From contig CAVTLK010000005.1 in the NCBI GenBank assembly GCA_963735595.1, positions 103,760 to 167,759 of the forward strand: a stretch of DNA of 64,000 bases, read 5' to 3'. A program made the position numbers and the translations under genes. The DNA comes from an uncultured delta proteobacterium. Lineage in GTDB: Bacteria > Desulfobacterota > Zymogenia > Zymogenales > Zymogenaceae. The notes below the pieces were generated by a model. It was not told the DNA's origin. It ran no database searches and saw only the letters and a list, made by a program, of their open reading frames with translations. Below, piece after piece: positions 63,201 through 64,000 of the stretch (position 1 is its first letter; each line of letters starts with the position of its first letter).

Positions 63201-63541
63201 TAGAAGATGAAGACAATCTGGCCCAGTTCATTTCAGAAGCGCTATCCGAGGAAGGATATTACGTAACCTGCTGTAGTAACGGCAAGACGGCGATAGAGAA
63301 CCTGGAGAAGAATAGATACGATCTTATCATCTCGGATATGAAAATGCCGGGAATGAGCGGAGTGGAACTTTATCAGTATATCCAAAAGCACCACCCTGAG
63401 ATGACACAGAAGGTGCTTTTTATGACCGGCGATGTGTTAGGCAAAGATACGCAGAATTTCCTCAAGATCGCCGGGCACAACTATATCGAAAAGCCCTTCG
63501 AGATTGTCAAATTGCTTCAGATCATCCACAAAATCGTATAA
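60203..63541 (+). CDS. hybrid sensor histidine kinase with a periplasmic solute-binding (SBP_bac_3-like) domain, PAS domains, HisKA/HATPase and a C-terminal receiver
   Basis: Signal/TM segment, periplasmic SBP-like region ([28 protein letters not shown]), a second TM, at least three PAS/PAC modules, H-box ([20 protein letters not shown]), HATPase ([20 protein letters not shown]), and REC (ILVVEDEDN...[14 protein letters not shown]), 1112 aa. Confidence 0.85.
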   Translation: MEEGTVMRTENKRILSRLMIVFMTAIPAFLLCGVPPDKAQGTQLRDTNLISILPIDRSAPDAYLLRLDSGTGNAETAGEDGWGDAAEGRGDDSSVRTVRVGLYQNPPKVFIDENGNPSGIFIDLLDKIARQEKWNLEYVPCEWSECLELLEEHRIDLMPDVAYSRERDETYDFNKTPVVDSWSQVYANSSIRVSTLSDLNGRRVAVLRGGIQERLFEEMMNGFGFEVTTIQAETYEEAFRLASHGYVDAAVSNHLIGDYLFRSYGLTKTPIVFNPTSLYFATAQGRNHGLLDAIDRHLGTWRSEPDSFYYKTLARWMEKPPEQVVPRYLIWVIVITGGCLLLSFGIIQLLRAQVRVKTRYLVTANESLRESEEKYRLLVENLNDVIFCLDAKGNIIYLSPVAERLFVYRPKEIIGKPFSEFVHADDLPGLIKSREGTLGGTLEPYEYRLVDKNGEIHYVRTSSRPVKKDGRSVGITGVLTDITRERLAEEELRESEVSLLMAQRIAHVGSWDWDLETGRLVWSTETYHIFNRDPGDYTPSVEDALTSIHPDDRKGLEKMVRACIEHNKPYEYEYRIVNPDGSVKHIHALGEMIHDQKGRPVRIRGTVQDVTEHKRVESALRESEEKHRTILQTIEDGYFEVDLKGSFTSFNESLKNMIGYDHGELLGLNYRQYMAKEVSDKVFLIFNKVFETGIPAKALDWRVTRKDGTMIDIETSLSLKRDNSGAPVGFFGIARDLTEKKKMELQLLQTEKLSAVGTMISGVAHELNNPLTAIIGNAQLLARQGVPEDVKSKLDVILQESIRSSKIVGGLLAFAREHKPERSMVNLNTTILESVKLKEYDLKVNNIDMKLSLADNLPETSADPYQIQQVFINLINNARDALVTNQGGGALSIRTYDADSNIIIEFEDTGPGIPDEIINRIFEPFFTTKETGKGTGLGLSMAYGIIREHGGTISAESKPGKGARFTVSIPIASVEEAAVAEKEYPLGEQRPRGTTSILVVEDEDNLAQFISEALSEEGYYVTCCSNGKTAIENLEKNRYDLIISDMKMPGMSGVELYQYIQKHHPEMTQKVLFMTGDVLGKDTQNFLKIAGHNYIEKPFEIVKLLQIIHKIV

Positions 63542-63810
63542 AGATAATAAACCCGTTGGGAATAAAAAACCGCTCGATTATGCTCGGGACCGTTTTCATG
63601 TCAAGGCGCGATCATGGGTAACGGGAGTCAGGGACATCTATCGTATGGTCCTAACGGTGCGGACGGCGCCCATGGCCGGGTCGGGGACAGAAAAGAATAG
63701 TTGTCTAACCGGCTTATAATCTGGTACAGTAGACGCTCAATCCGACGTCGGGGGTACGTGAAATCCCCCGATACTATCCCGTTTCACAGGTTATATGGAG
63801 AGGGTAGACA

Positions 63811-64000
63811 ATGAATGATACCACCGGAAAAAAGACCGTGACACGAACGCCGCCGAAAGGGACTCATAAGCTCCCCCTGGGGATCAAGCTCTCCTTCGGC
63901 ATCGGGGATATCGCCAGTAACTTCTTCATCGTTACGACGGGGATGTATCTCCTCTACTTTCTGATCAAAGTCGTCGGCGTGGACCCCAAGCTTGCCGGCG
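63811..64000 (+). CDS. GPH/MFS-family sugar:cation symporter, N-terminal fragment (runs off window end)
   Basis: ATG at 63811 with GGAGAGGG upstream. SFGIGDIASNF and a first TM segment are typical of glycoside-pentoside-hexuronide transporters. No stop occurs within the window. Confidence 0.55.
   Translation, partial: MNDTTGKKTVTRTPPKGTHKLPLGIKLSFGIGDIASNFFIVTTGMYLLYFLIKVVGVDPKLAG

Overview
This window is a high-GC, gene-dense chromosomal segment whose gene families look Deltaproteobacteria-like (siroheme-type heme module hemB plus AhbD/NirJ-like radical SAM, CimA-type citramalate synthase, RNase Y plus YmdB, recA-pilT-recX). Conserved core genes include smc, ftsY, rny, tyrS, recA, recX, alaS, lysC, glmM, folP, ftsH, proC, acpS, nnr and tsaE. 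The main accessory content is a roughly 11 kb co-directional chemosensory operon (cheR, MCP, cheW, cheY, cheB catalytic-domain only, cheA, cheC/X, larB, larC, response regulator with HD-GYP). Its first two cistrons are a CvnD/MglA-like Ras-type GTPase and a roadblock/LC7 (MglB/CvnB-like) protein, the arrangement I consider most worth follow-up. A second roadblock-like ORF sits between smc and ftsY and overlaps the ftsY start. Other features: one tRNA-Arg(UCG) with a bidirectional terminator, a promoter- and terminator-bounded ncRNA candidate (possible 6S RNA) upstream of the 5-formyl-THF cyclo-ligase gene, a structured inverted-repeat leader between cimA and comEA, a tandem zinc-ribbon protein, and a large hybrid sensor kinase with a periplasmic solute-binding domain. 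At least 11 single-nucleotide frameshifts, all in homopolymer runs, disrupt otherwise clearly functional genes (alaS four times, cheA, nadA twice, a lytic transglycosylase, an NAD-epimerase, a CHAT-domain gene). They are clustered and mostly hit essential genes, so they are far more likely consensus-sequence errors than pseudogenization. No CRISPR array, IS element or prophage was seen.
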